Assembly: GCA_041577295.1 (NCBI GenBank)
Contig: JBFGJG010000010.1
Location: forward strand, 32,001 to 96,000
Source of the DNA: Gemmatimonadales bacterium
GTDB taxonomy: Bacteria > Gemmatimonadota > Gemmatimonadetes > Gemmatimonadales > GWC2-71-9
Length of the DNA: 64,000 nt
Reading direction: 5' to 3'
A program made the position numbers and the translations under genes. The notes below the pieces were generated by a model. That model was not told the origin of the DNA and did not search any database. It worked only from the letters and a program-made list of their open reading frames with translations. Below, piece after piece: positions 47,201-56,363 of the stretch. Numbering within the stretch: the first letter of the stretch is position 1; the number at the start of each line of letters is the position of its first letter.

Positions 47201-47627
47201 CGAGCAGTCCGTCTCCGTTGACGTCGGCGAAGGTGACCCCCGTGGACCAGGTGCCGCTGCCAGCTACACCGGCGTCGTCGGTGACGTCACGAAAGCGAAA
47301 CGCACCTTCATTGAGATACAGTCGGTTGTCTTCGAGGTTCGAGGTGAGCATCAGTTCGGGCAGTCCGTCCCCGGTCAGATCGCCCAACGCCACGCCACCG
47401 CCATTGTAAAAGTTGCGGTACGTGAAGACGTTCAGCTCCCGCGTATCGTCGAGACGATTCTCGAACCGAACGCCCGTGTAGCCCGACGAGAGCTGTGTGA
47501 ACAGCTGACCCCGCGCTCCTGGGGCTTGGTCCTGGGACGTTCTCGTGTCAGCTCCGGTGCACGCACAGAGGCATGACGAGATGAGCAGGAGCCTCACGCC
47601 GGCTCTCGGCAGATGGATGGCCGTCAT
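44247..47627 (-). CDS. VCBS/FG-GAP repeat + ASPIC/UnbV lipoprotein (1126 aa), paralogue of 38231-41542
   Basis: Same architecture: 'FYNGGGVALGD', 'TDWSWSAL', 'RGFQSS', 'WPDG', 'GWWN', 'EAQLAPVY'. Confidence 0.9.
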   Translation of the reverse strand: MTAIHLPRAGVRLLLISSCLCACTGADTRTSQDQAPGARGQLFTQLSSGYTGVRFENRLDDTRELNVFTYRNFYNGGGVALGDLTGDGLPELMLTSNLEDNRLYLNEGAFRFRDVTDDAGVAGSGTWSTGVTFADVNGDGLLDIYVCYAGNAADERRANELYIHQGLDAQGVPTFEEMAAQYGLADQGYSTHGAFFDYDRDGDLDLYLVNNSPRAASSFGLRNVRDVRHEAGGDKLYRNDGDHFVDVSEEAGIFGSEIAFGLGVAIGDVNGDDWPDLYISNDFFERDYLYINNGDGTFAELLEHQMPSISLSSMGLDMADIDNDGWLDIYVTDMLPEDDYRLKTTSSFDNWSSYQFKLKNDFHHQFMRNMLHRNNGNGTFTEIGQLAGVARTDWSWSALIADFDLDGHKDIHVTNGILRDVTSQDYVSFLANEETMRAAARGERVDFLRLIDVMTSTKLPNYAFRNLGHFAFTDVGEEWGLNTRAFSNGAAYGDLDGDGALDLVVNNVNEEVSIYRNNARSLFDHGYVQAVLEGEGRNRFGIGAKATLYSAGQQFFQEHMPSRGFQSSVDYVLTFGIGQLQTIDSLVVEWPDGRVSVLTDIATNQRVIVRWSDAVAPNPPTRQESVAMFTDVTSIVSMDFTHRENVFSDFDREPLIPRMLSTEGPLMAVADVNSDGLDDVFIGGAKDQPGHLLVQRRSGGFVETNEQLFERDRVSEDLGAVFFDANGDGHPDLYVVSGGSEFSDLAPALQDRLYMNDGRGRFSKAGDHLPSMSISGSRVAPADFDGDGDLDLFVGGRVIPRRYGFDPQSVLLENDGKGRFRNVAEQVAPELVRVGMVTDAMWNDLDGDRLPDLIVVGEWMPITIFRNTGRSLERIATPGLERSHGWWNRIVAGDFNGDGRTDFVVGNLGFNSRFTASEQEPATMYVKDFDRNGFVEQIVSTYSGGVSYPLVLRDDLLKALPYLRERYPTYERYAQQTVSDIFTQGELTDAVVRQAYTFATSLMRNNGDGSFTLVPLPIEAQLAPVYGLLAADLDGDGLLDVLLTGNLDGVEPEIGRLSGSYGLLLRGDGTGGFTPVEVSESGFFVPGQGRDIQRLSTRHGEVVVVTRNNDRPLLFQRTPGRQAAAP

Positions 47628-47693
47628 ACGGTGGGCCCAGATTCGTAACGCCCGGCGGAAGCGTGTCCGTCGAAGAAAAGTGGCGGGAATGGC

Positions 47694-47729
47694 AGAGGCG
47701 GCAGCATCGAATCCGACGCTGCCGCCTCT
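47694..47729. terminator. Strong hairpin downstream of susD (terminator/attenuator or mRNA stabiliser)
   Basis: AGAGGCGGCAGC...GCTGCCGCCTCT 12-bp perfect stem; no clear U-tract. Confidence 0.55.
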
Positions 47730-47744
47730 CAGACCCTTAGCCGC

Positions 47745-49331
47745 CTAGTACCCCGGGTTCTGCGTCAGCATGGGGTTGGCGTCCAACTGCGGCTGAGGAA
47801 TGGGCATCAGCACGAGATGTGGTGCGCCCGCCGACTTGAACGACCACGGATCCGTGAAGCGGCCATGCCGGATCAGGTCTTGACGACGCTTGGCCTCACC
47901 GGTCAGCTCGAACAACCGCTCCTCGAGGATCACGTCGCGGTCAACCGCGCCGAGCGGCTCGTCCGGATCGAAGACCCGTTCACGAAGCGTGTTGAGGATG
48001 CTGAGGGCTTCGCCCGAGTTCCCCAACTCAAACTCGGCTTCCGCCTTGATGAGCCACATCTCCGCGAGGCGGAAATAGGCAACGTCGTTGCCGCTTTCCT
48101 GGGCAACGCGGTCTGGATCGGGCGGCCACTTGATGATGCGGGTGCCTTCACCCTCGCCGGCCTGAGTTTCGTCGATGATGTCCACCGTGAAGACCAGCGG
48201 GGGACCGCCCTGCGCGCATCCCGGGCGTTCACAGACGGGCTCGCCCGTGTCCAGATCGACCTGAAGCCCTTCGAGGAAGATCTCCCGGCGCGCATCGTCG
48301 GCATCGAAAGCGTTGTACGTCTCCGCCAACGCGGCGAATCCGTTCCACGGGGTGGGGTTGAACTGCTCGTAGTGAAGTGCGCGCATCACGAAGTTCAGTC
48401 CCAGGCCCGTCTGATTGGTGAACTTGACGACCAGGATGTTCTCGCTCGAGGAGGCGTTATCGGGGGTGAAGTTCGAGCGCCAGGTGGTCTCAAGGGCGTA
48501 TTCGGGTGAGTTCAGCACCCTGTCGGCCGCTTCGATCGCGGCAGCACAAGCCGATTGCCCACCCACCTGCACATCGGCGCACGAGTTGTACGTCGCGGCA
48601 CTGGGTGTCTCCGTCGTGAACACGGCGGCGTTGAGATACAGGTTGGCGAGGATGGCATCGGCCGCTCCCTGCGTCATGCGCCCATGATCGGTCGCTGGCC
48701 AACGGGCTGGCAGGGCTCCCCTGGCCGCGTTGAGCTCGTCGGAGACGAACTGGAAGACCTCGGCGCGTGTGTTCTTTGCACGCGGCCCCAGTTCGGTGTC
48801 ATCGACGATCGGAACGCCGCCGAACATGTCCAACAGCACGTAGTAGTAGAACGCCCGAAGCGTTCGTAGCTCGCCTTCGATCGCTGCCTGATTCGCCACC
48901 GTTACGTTCTGCAGCGCCTCGAGGAGCAAGTTTGCCCGAGCGATGCCCCGGAAGGCATCGATCCAGGTTCCATTGACGTCATCGAGCCCGGAGGGGCTGT
49001 TCGCCGTCCACGTGTGGCGGTGGATTTCGAGCCAGCGCCCGTTGTCGAACCAGTCGCTGCCCCGTGTGGGGACGATTTGCTCGTCCGTGGTGATCTGACT
49101 CAGGTTGTGATAGCCCCAAGTCGTGCTGCGGAGCACGGCGTAGACCGACGCCAGACTGCCGAGAACCTCCTGCTCGGTGGCGAAGAAGTTCTCCGGCGTT
49201 ATGACGCTCGTTGGTTCCTCGTCGAGGTTCGTGCAGCTGAGGAGCAGCACGAATATGAGGATAGGGGAGAGGATGAGACGCGTGAGGCGTCCGGCTCCTC
49301 TGACTGCGTATGGAAAGCGTGGTTTCTTCAT
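47745..49331 (-). CDS. susD: RagB/SusD family lipoprotein
   Basis: Lipobox LLSC, 'LRAFYYYVLLDMFGGVP', 'FRLAEMWLIKAEA', 'ILEERLFELTGEAKRRQDLIR', ends 'QNPGY'. Start set at ATG 49331. Confidence 0.95.
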   Translation of the reverse strand: MKKPRFPYAVRGAGRLTRLILSPILIFVLLLSCTNLDEEPTSVITPENFFATEQEVLGSLASVYAVLRSTTWGYHNLSQITTDEQIVPTRGSDWFDNGRWLEIHRHTWTANSPSGLDDVNGTWIDAFRGIARANLLLEALQNVTVANQAAIEGELRTLRAFYYYVLLDMFGGVPIVDDTELGPRAKNTRAEVFQFVSDELNAARGALPARWPATDHGRMTQGAADAILANLYLNAAVFTTETPSAATYNSCADVQVGGQSACAAAIEAADRVLNSPEYALETTWRSNFTPDNASSSENILVVKFTNQTGLGLNFVMRALHYEQFNPTPWNGFAALAETYNAFDADDARREIFLEGLQVDLDTGEPVCERPGCAQGGPPLVFTVDIIDETQAGEGEGTRIIKWPPDPDRVAQESGNDVAYFRLAEMWLIKAEAEFELGNSGEALSILNTLRERVFDPDEPLGAVDRDVILEERLFELTGEAKRRQDLIRHGRFTDPWSFKSAGAPHLVLMPIPQPQLDANPMLTQNPGY

Positions 49332-49408
49332 GAGATCCCGACCGTTACATGGTTGAATGCTGATCTCGTCGCCGTTTCGGGCATCGGCCCGTAGGGATCG
49401 ATCGCGCA

Positions 49409-52400
49409 TTAGAACGAAAACCGCGCGCCAGCCGTAAAGGTGCGCGACCGCGGGAAGCTGAGATAGTCGATCCCGCGTGCGCCCACCCCGGCGGTGGTAT
49501 GCGCCTCCGGATCGTATCCTTCATACCCAGAGAGCAGGAACAGATTGTCGGCCGACACGTAGAACCGCGCCGAGCGCGCCGCGCCGATGAACGCGGGGAG
49601 ATCGACCGAGTACCCAACGGTGATGTTCTGCATCCGGAAGAACGACGCATCTTCAATCCAGCGAGATGAGAAGATTGCTGGCTCGTCGATCGAGTCGTCG
49701 TCATCCAGCGAGGAACGCAGGAAGTTTTTCCCCTGTTTCACATTGCTCCGCGCACCGTGGACCAGTGCGGTGTTGTTGAACACATCACGACCCTGCTCCC
49801 AGCGAGCGATGAAGCTGGCGTCGAGGTTGCCCAAGGTCATCTGACCGCGGAACCCGACGGTGAAATCCGGATTGGCCTCGCCAATCGGCACAAAGTCATC
49901 GCCGCCGGGATCCGAGGTCCGGCCGACGATCGAGCCATTCTCGTAGTCGTTGAACTCTTGTTCGCCTGCGGCGTTGATTCCCACGAACTCCGGTCCGTAG
50001 AACGTTCCCAAAGCAAACCCGGGGAGAATGCGCTGCGAGACCTGTCCCGACTGCCCCTGGCCGCTGACCAGACCGGTGGTGATGAACGAGCGACCACCGA
50101 GGTCGATGACTTCGTTGCTCTCCGCCGCGAAGACGACGCCCATCTGCCAGGTCAGATTGGATGAGTTGATCAGCAAGGCGTCGAGCGAGGCCTCGAGACC
50201 GCGGTTGCGTACTTCACCGATGTTCTCGAAGCGTGTGGACTGGACCGCGGGCTGCGGGACGGGGACTTCCAGCAGCAGGTCGGTCGTATTCTTGACGTAG
50301 TACTCGACGGAGCCGGAGAACCGGTTGTCGGCAAAGCCGTAGTCGAGCGCGATGTTGAACTGTGAGGTTTCTTCCCACTTGAGCTCTGGATTTGCCGCCC
50401 TGGTCGGTGCTACGCCAACCGTCTTGGCATCCCCAAACGGGTAGCTATCGCCATCGCTGGGCGCCAGGATCAGCAGCGACGCATACGCCGGTACGGCCTC
50501 GTTTCCTTGCAAACCGTACCCGACGCGCAGACTCAGCTCGGAGAACGGCCCATCCTGCATGAAGTTCTCTTCGCTGATGCGCCACCGCGCGGACACCGCT
50601 GGGAAGGTGGCCCACTTGTTGTCAGCACCAAACTTGGTGGACCCATCCCGGCGGAGCACACCCGTCAAGAAGTACTTGTCGTTGAAGCCGTATGTGAGGC
50701 GGCCGAAGAACCCAATCAGCCGGTTCTCCGTCCGGTTCGAGAACGGCGACACGAGCTGTGCACCCGCCGCCAAATTGTCGAAGTTGAACGCATCCGTCAG
50801 GAAGTTGCGAGCCTCAGCTCGGAACTGATCCTCGGTGTAGTCGTTGTACTCGTAGCCGCCGACAAACTCGATGTCGTGCACGTCGGCAAACTGGCGGGTG
50901 TAGGTCATCAACGTCTGCAGAGTGACGGCCGTCAGCTCACGACTCGTCTGCCGAGCGAGCCCGTTGAACTGAGCGCCGACCGGGTTGGCCCGGGGATAGT
51001 ACTCGCGCCGAACAGCCTCGCTCCGGTCCACGCCAACGATCAGCTGGCCCCGTAGGTACGAGGTGATGTCGAGTTGCGCCCGGAGGTTGCCGAGCACGCG
51101 GGTCGTGCCGGCGAAGTCGGCGATCTGCTCCGACATGGCCACGGGGTTACGCACCGATTGGACACCTCTGCCGAGCTCGAAAAAGGTCTCGCGCCCCGTG
51201 GCCTGATCGGTCACCATGATGGGCTGGGTCGGATTGAACTGCACCATGTTCTGGAACACGCCACCCTCGAACCCGCCCCGATTCTCAAATGGCAAATAGT
51301 CGTTGTCGATGTGGGAGGCGGTGAGGTTGAGACGCAACTGCAGCCGGTCATCAAGGGCGAAGTGTGTCCCGTTGAGACGCGCCGTGAAGCGCTCAAGCGC
51401 GCTGCTGAGGGCCACACCTTCTTGATTCATGTAACTGAGGGACGCCCGGTACTGCGTGGACGGCGTGCCTCCAGAGAACGCCACGTTGTGAGTGTGCGTC
51501 ACGGCGCTTCGGGTAACTGCATCCTCCCAGTCCGTGTTCGCGCTGCCCAGCGCATCAAGCGCCGTCGCTGGGAGACTGCCCTCGCTCACCTGCGCCTGCA
51601 CAAACGCGCGGTATTCGTCGCCGCTGACTAGCCCCAACGTGCGAGACGGCGTGGCGTAGGAAACGTACCCATCGTATTCAAAGACGGTTCGGTCTCGCTG
51701 GCCCTGTTTCGTCTCGATCAGGATGACGCCGTTCGCTCCGCGGGCGCCGTAAATGGCGGCCGCCGCGGCATCCTTGAGCACCGTAATCGATTCGATGTCG
51801 TTGGTGTTAACCAGGTTGAGCGGGTTGCGGGGGAGGGAAGCACCCTCGGGGTCATTCACGCCGTCCGGTCCAAAGCCGATCCCGACGCCGCCGGGCTCCG
51901 TCGGCAGATTCTGCACGACGACCCCGTCGATCACGTACAGCGGATCGTTGCTCGCACTAATCGACGTGCCGCCGCGAATCCGGATCTGCTGGCCAGCTCC
52001 CGGCTCACCGCTGTTCTGCGTGATCTGCACGCCAGCCACTCGGCCCTGGATGAGCTCATTGGCGTTCGTCACCACGCCGACGTTGGCTTCCTCGGCGTTG
52101 ACCGATGCCACCGACCCGGTGATGGCTACGCGACGCTGAGCGCCGTAGCCCGTGACCACGATCTCATTGAGCACCACGGCCTGGCGTGTCAGCGAGAACT
52201 CGACCGTCGTCGTCTGCCCGGCACGCACCACGACCTCCTGTGTCACGGGGGCGTGTCCGATGAGACGGGCCGTCACCTGATGGGTTCCTGCGGGCACGTC
52301 GGTGAGCGTGAACCCGCCGTTCGGTCCGGTTGTGGTCCCCCGTCGAGTGCCTTCGATCTCGACGACGGCACCGGCCAAGGCTTCCATCGTGACGGCATCC

Positions 52401-52504
52401 GACACGCGTCCTGAAATGGTACCGGTCTGCATCTGCGCTGGAAGCTGGCCGACCCACAAGAGACCGCCAATGAATGTGAGACTGAGCTTACGGGCGATTT
52501 TCAT
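49409..52504 (-). CDS. susC: SusC/RagA family TonB-dependent transporter
   Basis: 'VVTGYG', 'IRIRGG', 'PLYVIDG', 'LKDAAAAAIYGARGANGVILIETK', 'NPELKWEE', C-terminal F. Start set at ATG 52504. Confidence 0.96.
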   Translation of the reverse strand: MKIARKLSLTFIGGLLWVGQLPAQMQTGTISGRVSDAVTMEALAGAVVEIEGTRRGTTTGPNGGFTLTDVPAGTHQVTARLIGHAPVTQEVVVRAGQTTTVEFSLTRQAVVLNEIVVTGYGAQRRVAITGSVASVNAEEANVGVVTNANELIQGRVAGVQITQNSGEPGAGQQIRIRGGTSISASNDPLYVIDGVVVQNLPTEPGGVGIGFGPDGVNDPEGASLPRNPLNLVNTNDIESITVLKDAAAAAIYGARGANGVILIETKQGQRDRTVFEYDGYVSYATPSRTLGLVSGDEYRAFVQAQVSEGSLPATALDALGSANTDWEDAVTRSAVTHTHNVAFSGGTPSTQYRASLSYMNQEGVALSSALERFTARLNGTHFALDDRLQLRLNLTASHIDNDYLPFENRGGFEGGVFQNMVQFNPTQPIMVTDQATGRETFFELGRGVQSVRNPVAMSEQIADFAGTTRVLGNLRAQLDITSYLRGQLIVGVDRSEAVRREYYPRANPVGAQFNGLARQTSRELTAVTLQTLMTYTRQFADVHDIEFVGGYEYNDYTEDQFRAEARNFLTDAFNFDNLAAGAQLVSPFSNRTENRLIGFFGRLTYGFNDKYFLTGVLRRDGSTKFGADNKWATFPAVSARWRISEENFMQDGPFSELSLRVGYGLQGNEAVPAYASLLILAPSDGDSYPFGDAKTVGVAPTRAANPELKWEETSQFNIALDYGFADNRFSGSVEYYVKNTTDLLLEVPVPQPAVQSTRFENIGEVRNRGLEASLDALLINSSNLTWQMGVVFAAESNEVIDLGGRSFITTGLVSGQGQSGQVSQRILPGFALGTFYGPEFVGINAAGEQEFNDYENGSIVGRTSDPGGDDFVPIGEANPDFTVGFRGQMTLGNLDASFIARWEQGRDVFNNTALVHGARSNVKQGKNFLRSSLDDDDSIDEPAIFSSRWIEDASFFRMQNITVGYSVDLPAFIGAARSARFYVSADNLFLLSGYEGYDPEAHTTAGVGARGIDYLSFPRSRTFTAGARFSF

Positions 52505-52914
52505 ACAACTGCCCTCCACGGATGGAAATGGAATTGTGCTGCGAAATAGTACGAAGTGAGCAGCGCCGTCCCTCGGATGGAGGAGCGGTGGCCGCTGACC
52601 CTGTTGTGATTGTGCGTTGCTCCGATCAAACGTCCTACTCCCGGCCTGAGCTCGACACCTGGGGCACGAACACACGCCGACTTCCACTGAACCGGCAATT
52701 GGGCACACGCAGACCGTGGGCCTCTACATCGCAGTGGCGGGGGCAGCTGCCGGTCTGATAAAGGATAGAAGATCCACGCAGGTACAAGGATGTCAAGCTT
52801 GGAACAATATCTGGGCGTTTCGGGGCGATCCAGACGGAAACCCTTGCCGGGGAGCGTGTTCCAGCCCTGGACGGTTGTCCCCGAAGAGACCGCCAAAGAG
52901 GATTCCAGGTCCAG

Positions 52915-52979
52915 GTAATCACCGAGTAAGCACCGATCCATGATGGGGCTGGCCGCGCTAATCAGGGGGTAAGCACCCT
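52915..52979. promoter_or_regulatory. Two pairs of 11-bp-period direct repeats (STAAKCAS core)
   Basis: GTAATCACCGA at 52915, GTAAGCACCGA at 52926, CTAATCAGGGG at 52958, GTAAGCACCCT at 52969. Confidence 0.5.
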
Positions 52980-53080
52980 CCCGTAGGTTCTTCCGCGAGA
53001 AGCAAATGGCTTTGCTCCGCTCCGCGGCGACCGGGTCGCCCCGGTGCGAACGAGTGACGAGAGAACCATAGGGAGGACCA

Positions 53081-53593
53081 ATGAATCGCCTATCAATGCC
53101 AGCGCTCGGCGTGATCGCCACACTCATGCTGGGATGCAACAACGATCCCGTATCCAGCCGACCGGAGAACACGTACGATGCTCGGGTGAGCGGCGCACTC
53201 ACGAGGGACCTGCAAGGCACCGCGCGCTTCGAGTTTGGCAACGGCGGGTACGGTGGTCCGGTGCTTTCCTTACTATTAGGAACCGGAACGTCAGATGATC
53301 TGATCGTCCTGCAGATCAGAAGCACTGAGCCCCCTGCCGAGGGGAAGTACCCGATCAATTTTGCGACAGAGCCCGTCGAAGGCGCGTGGATCGCCTCCTA
53401 CGTCACCTTCAACAACGGACAGATGCGGGACCAGTTCAGCGCCACGGAGGGGGTGGTGCGGATCCTCCAGTCGAGCGCCGGGCGGATTAGGGGCTCCTTC
53501 GAGCTCAAGGGAGAAGGAACCACCGGCGGATCGTCAGCACAGGCTGCCGCGGAGGTCACCATCGTGGGTGCCTTTGACGCAGGTCGTAACTGA
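53081..53593 (+). CDS. Hypothetical lipoprotein
   Basis: GGAGG RBS, lipobox MLGC, beta-rich sequence, downstream terminator. Confidence 0.8.
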   Translation: MNRLSMPALGVIATLMLGCNNDPVSSRPENTYDARVSGALTRDLQGTARFEFGNGGYGGPVLSLLLGTGTSDDLIVLQIRSTEPPAEGKYPINFATEPVEGAWIASYVTFNNGQMRDQFSATEGVVRILQSSAGRIRGSFELKGEGTTGGSSAQAAAEVTIVGAFDAGRN

Positions 53594-53623
53594 GAGGCTG
53601 CCGCCAATCTGAACTCGCCTCAC

Positions 53624-53661
53624 CACCCTCGCGCGATGGGCGCGCGAGGGTGATGCTTTTC
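53624..53661 (+). terminator. Probable intrinsic terminator
   Basis: CACCCTCGCGCG-atggg-CGCGCGAGGGTG followed by atgctttt. Confidence 0.7.
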
Positions 53662-53735
53662 GTGAGACCCTCTTGCTGAACTGGTCAGCTCCCTAGATTC
53701 TCTACCTGCTCCGATCGCGAGAGATTCTACTGCCA

Positions 53736-56363
53736 ATGGCTACCAACCTATGCGACTCCTGTGGCCAATCCGTCGCCGCGGATGCGAGCTACTGCGTGCA
53801 CTGTGGCGCGGAGCTCGCGGCGGGCGCCGACCTGACGGTCAAAGCGGATCCGCACGAGTTGCAGGAGCAAGGAACGGCAGGATGGGATTCGGTCGTTCGG
53901 TCGCTTCGTGAGGCAACAGAGGGTCGCTACGAGATCGAAGCCACACTGGGGCAGGGTGGGATGGGCGCGGTCTACCGGGCGCGTGATTTGGTTCTCGACT
54001 GTCCCGTCGCCATCAAAGTCATGCTCCCCGGTGTGGGTCTCGACGCCGATGCGGTCGAGCGGTTTCGCCAAGAGGCACGTACGATAGCGGGACTTCGGCA
54101 CCCCCATATCGTGACCGTCCACGATCTGCGACAGCACGGCGGTCTGCACTTCTTCGTGCTGGACCTCATTGCTGGAAGCTCACTCGATACCATCATCAAG
54201 CGCGCCGGAAATCTGCCCGTGCCCGTCATCCGGCTCTGGCTAGCCCAAGTGGCGAGCGCCCTGGAATTCGCTCATCGGCGGGGCGTGATCCATCGCGACA
54301 TCAAACCCGGCAACATCCTGATCGACGCCGAAGGCAACGCCGTGCTCACCGACTTCGGGATTGCCAAGCTCCAGGTCAATCCCAAGTGGAAAACCGTCAC
54401 GGGTGGGTTCCTTGGCACGCCGCACTACGCGAGTCCCGAGCAGTGGAAGGGTGAGCCCGTCACACCGGCGAGCGATCAGTACTCACTCGGGATCGTGGCG
54501 TACGCGATGCTGACGGGGTCTCCGCCGTTTGACGGGGACTCCATTGCCGATCTGCTGATGGCCCATACCAATGAGGCGCCGAAGTCGGTCGGCATACTTC
54601 GTCCGGACTGTCCGCAGGATCTGGCGAAGGTCGTGCATCGTATGCTGGAAAAGAACCCCACCGCACGGTGGCCGGGCTTGCGGGAGATCGTGAGCACGCT
54701 CGGAGCGCCACCGCCCCCCAACGACGAAGTCTGGTCGCTGGCGCGGTCGCTCGCGGCCGGCAAGGGTATCGAGGCGACGCCCGAGAGCCGCACGTGGGTG
54801 ACGCCGCTCCCTGAGCCCAAGGCACGCTCGATTACTGGAACCATCACCCATTGGTTCAAGCCCAAGCGCCGGCGGGTGGCAGCGGGTGGTGCGGTTGCCT
54901 TGACAATAGGCATCTTGGCGGTGGCATGGCCGGCGAGCGACGAGACCGCCGCGCCGTCGGAGGAAGCCGCCATCGCGCCACCGCCGGCGGACACGCTGGA
55001 GGCGCCGCCACCGGTGCCGTCGCGAACGCTCGCGGAAACGGAGGCGACGCCCACCGAGAACGCACCCGAAGACATGACGACCGCTGCATCTGCCGTTCGA
55101 CTGACCCTCTCCCGCACAACGCTGCGGGTTGGTGATTCGGTGCGCCCGGAAGTTTTGTTGCTCGGGAATGATGGACGCCCATTGGGAGCGACGAAGGCGG
55201 CGCTCACCGTGACCGACACACGGGTCGCCCGGGTCACTCCGAGCGGTTGGATCGTTGGCATCGGTCCAGGATCAACGAACCTCGTGGCGCGTGCAGCCAG
55301 CCTCGAGGCGCGCGAGGTGTTTTCGGTTGCCGCGGTTGCGCCGCCGTTCCGTAGTGTCTCGGCTGGGGGCGATCACACCTGTGGGATCGCCACGGACGGA
55401 TCAGCCTACTGCTGGGGTCGCAACGATCGAGGACAGGTTGCGGCCGGACTCCCCGAGACCCAGCCATTCCCGTTCCCCCGCGGCGGACGCTTCGCCGCCG
55501 TGAGCGCCGGCGGAATGATTACGTGCGCGTTGGGACAGGATCAGGCCGTCGTATGCTGGGGTGCCACGTCCGGTCCCCGCGGGCGATATCGCTCCGTGAC
55601 GACAGGAGCGCGGCACGCATGCGGCATCATGGCGAGTGGCTCGGCTGCCTGCTGGGGTGCGAACGATCGCGGCCAGCTCGGGATCGGGAGCACGGCGGCA
55701 AATGCGCTGGGACAGGTGGTGGAAGGTGAGTATGCGTTCGACATGATCGCGGCCGGTGCCGAGCACACCTGCGGGCTGCTTGGTGGGCGGGTCTACTGCT
55801 GGGGGAGTGACGTTGTCGGCCAGACGGGGACGGGAACGCTCGAGCGCGGCATGGTGACTCAACCGACCGAGGTCGAGGGCGACCATGGATATCTCGTATT
55901 CGTTACTTCGGGAACCAACCACACGTGCGCGCTGACACGGGTGGGCACGGCGCTGTGCTGGGGCGCCAACGAGTATGGCCAACTGGGAGATGGGTCAAAG
56001 CAGCCACGGCACGCCCCGCGACCAGTAAGGCCGCCCATGGGCGGGTCGAACACGCTGGCTTTCGAGATGGTAACGGCAGGAACAACGCACACCTGCGGCC
56101 TGAACAAGAACCAGCGCGTCTTTTGCTGGGGAGACAACCGATTCGGACAACTAGGAGACGGCACGACCACGGGACGGGTCGTGCCAGTTCAAGTGCGGCT
56201 CACCGAACCAGCTACCTCCGTGAGCGCGGGACGCGCCCACACCTGCGCGGTCCTGGCGTCAACCGCCGTGCAGTGTTGGGGCGCCAATGGAGATGGTCAA
56301 CTGGGCGACGGCACCTCCGAGGACCGCGCGCGTCCGGTCACCCCTGGACAGGTGACCGGCTAA
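53736..56363 (+). CDS. Membrane Ser/Thr protein kinase with zinc ribbon, Ig-like domain and RCC1 repeats
   Basis: CDSC...CVHC; LGQGGMGAVY, VAIK, HRDIKPGN, DFG, SPEQ; TM helix; repeated 'HTC...CWG.N..GQLGDG'. Confidence 0.93.
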   Translation: MATNLCDSCGQSVAADASYCVHCGAELAAGADLTVKADPHELQEQGTAGWDSVVRSLREATEGRYEIEATLGQGGMGAVYRARDLVLDCPVAIKVMLPGVGLDADAVERFRQEARTIAGLRHPHIVTVHDLRQHGGLHFFVLDLIAGSSLDTIIKRAGNLPVPVIRLWLAQVASALEFAHRRGVIHRDIKPGNILIDAEGNAVLTDFGIAKLQVNPKWKTVTGGFLGTPHYASPEQWKGEPVTPASDQYSLGIVAYAMLTGSPPFDGDSIADLLMAHTNEAPKSVGILRPDCPQDLAKVVHRMLEKNPTARWPGLREIVSTLGAPPPPNDEVWSLARSLAAGKGIEATPESRTWVTPLPEPKARSITGTITHWFKPKRRRVAAGGAVALTIGILAVAWPASDETAAPSEEAAIAPPPADTLEAPPPVPSRTLAETEATPTENAPEDMTTAASAVRLTLSRTTLRVGDSVRPEVLLLGNDGRPLGATKAALTVTDTRVARVTPSGWIVGIGPGSTNLVARAASLEAREVFSVAAVAPPFRSVSAGGDHTCGIATDGSAYCWGRNDRGQVAAGLPETQPFPFPRGGRFAAVSAGGMITCALGQDQAVVCWGATSGPRGRYRSVTTGARHACGIMASGSAACWGANDRGQLGIGSTAANALGQVVEGEYAFDMIAAGAEHTCGLLGGRVYCWGSDVVGQTGTGTLERGMVTQPTEVEGDHGYLVFVTSGTNHTCALTRVGTALCWGANEYGQLGDGSKQPRHAPRPVRPPMGGSNTLAFEMVTAGTTHTCGLNKNQRVFCWGDNRFGQLGDGTTTGRVVPVQVRLTEPATSVSAGRAHTCAVLASTAVQCWGANGDGQLGDGTSEDRARPVTPGQVTG

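Noticed and set aside
32070..47627. Enediyne biosynthetic gene cluster
   Set aside because: UnbV/UnbU-like genes are present, but there is no PKS, thioesterase, E3 or tailoring gene in the window.
52501..53358. 285-aa minus-strand ORF across the susC spacer
   Set aside because: No recognisable motif, and it overlaps the better-supported lipoprotein gene on the other strand.
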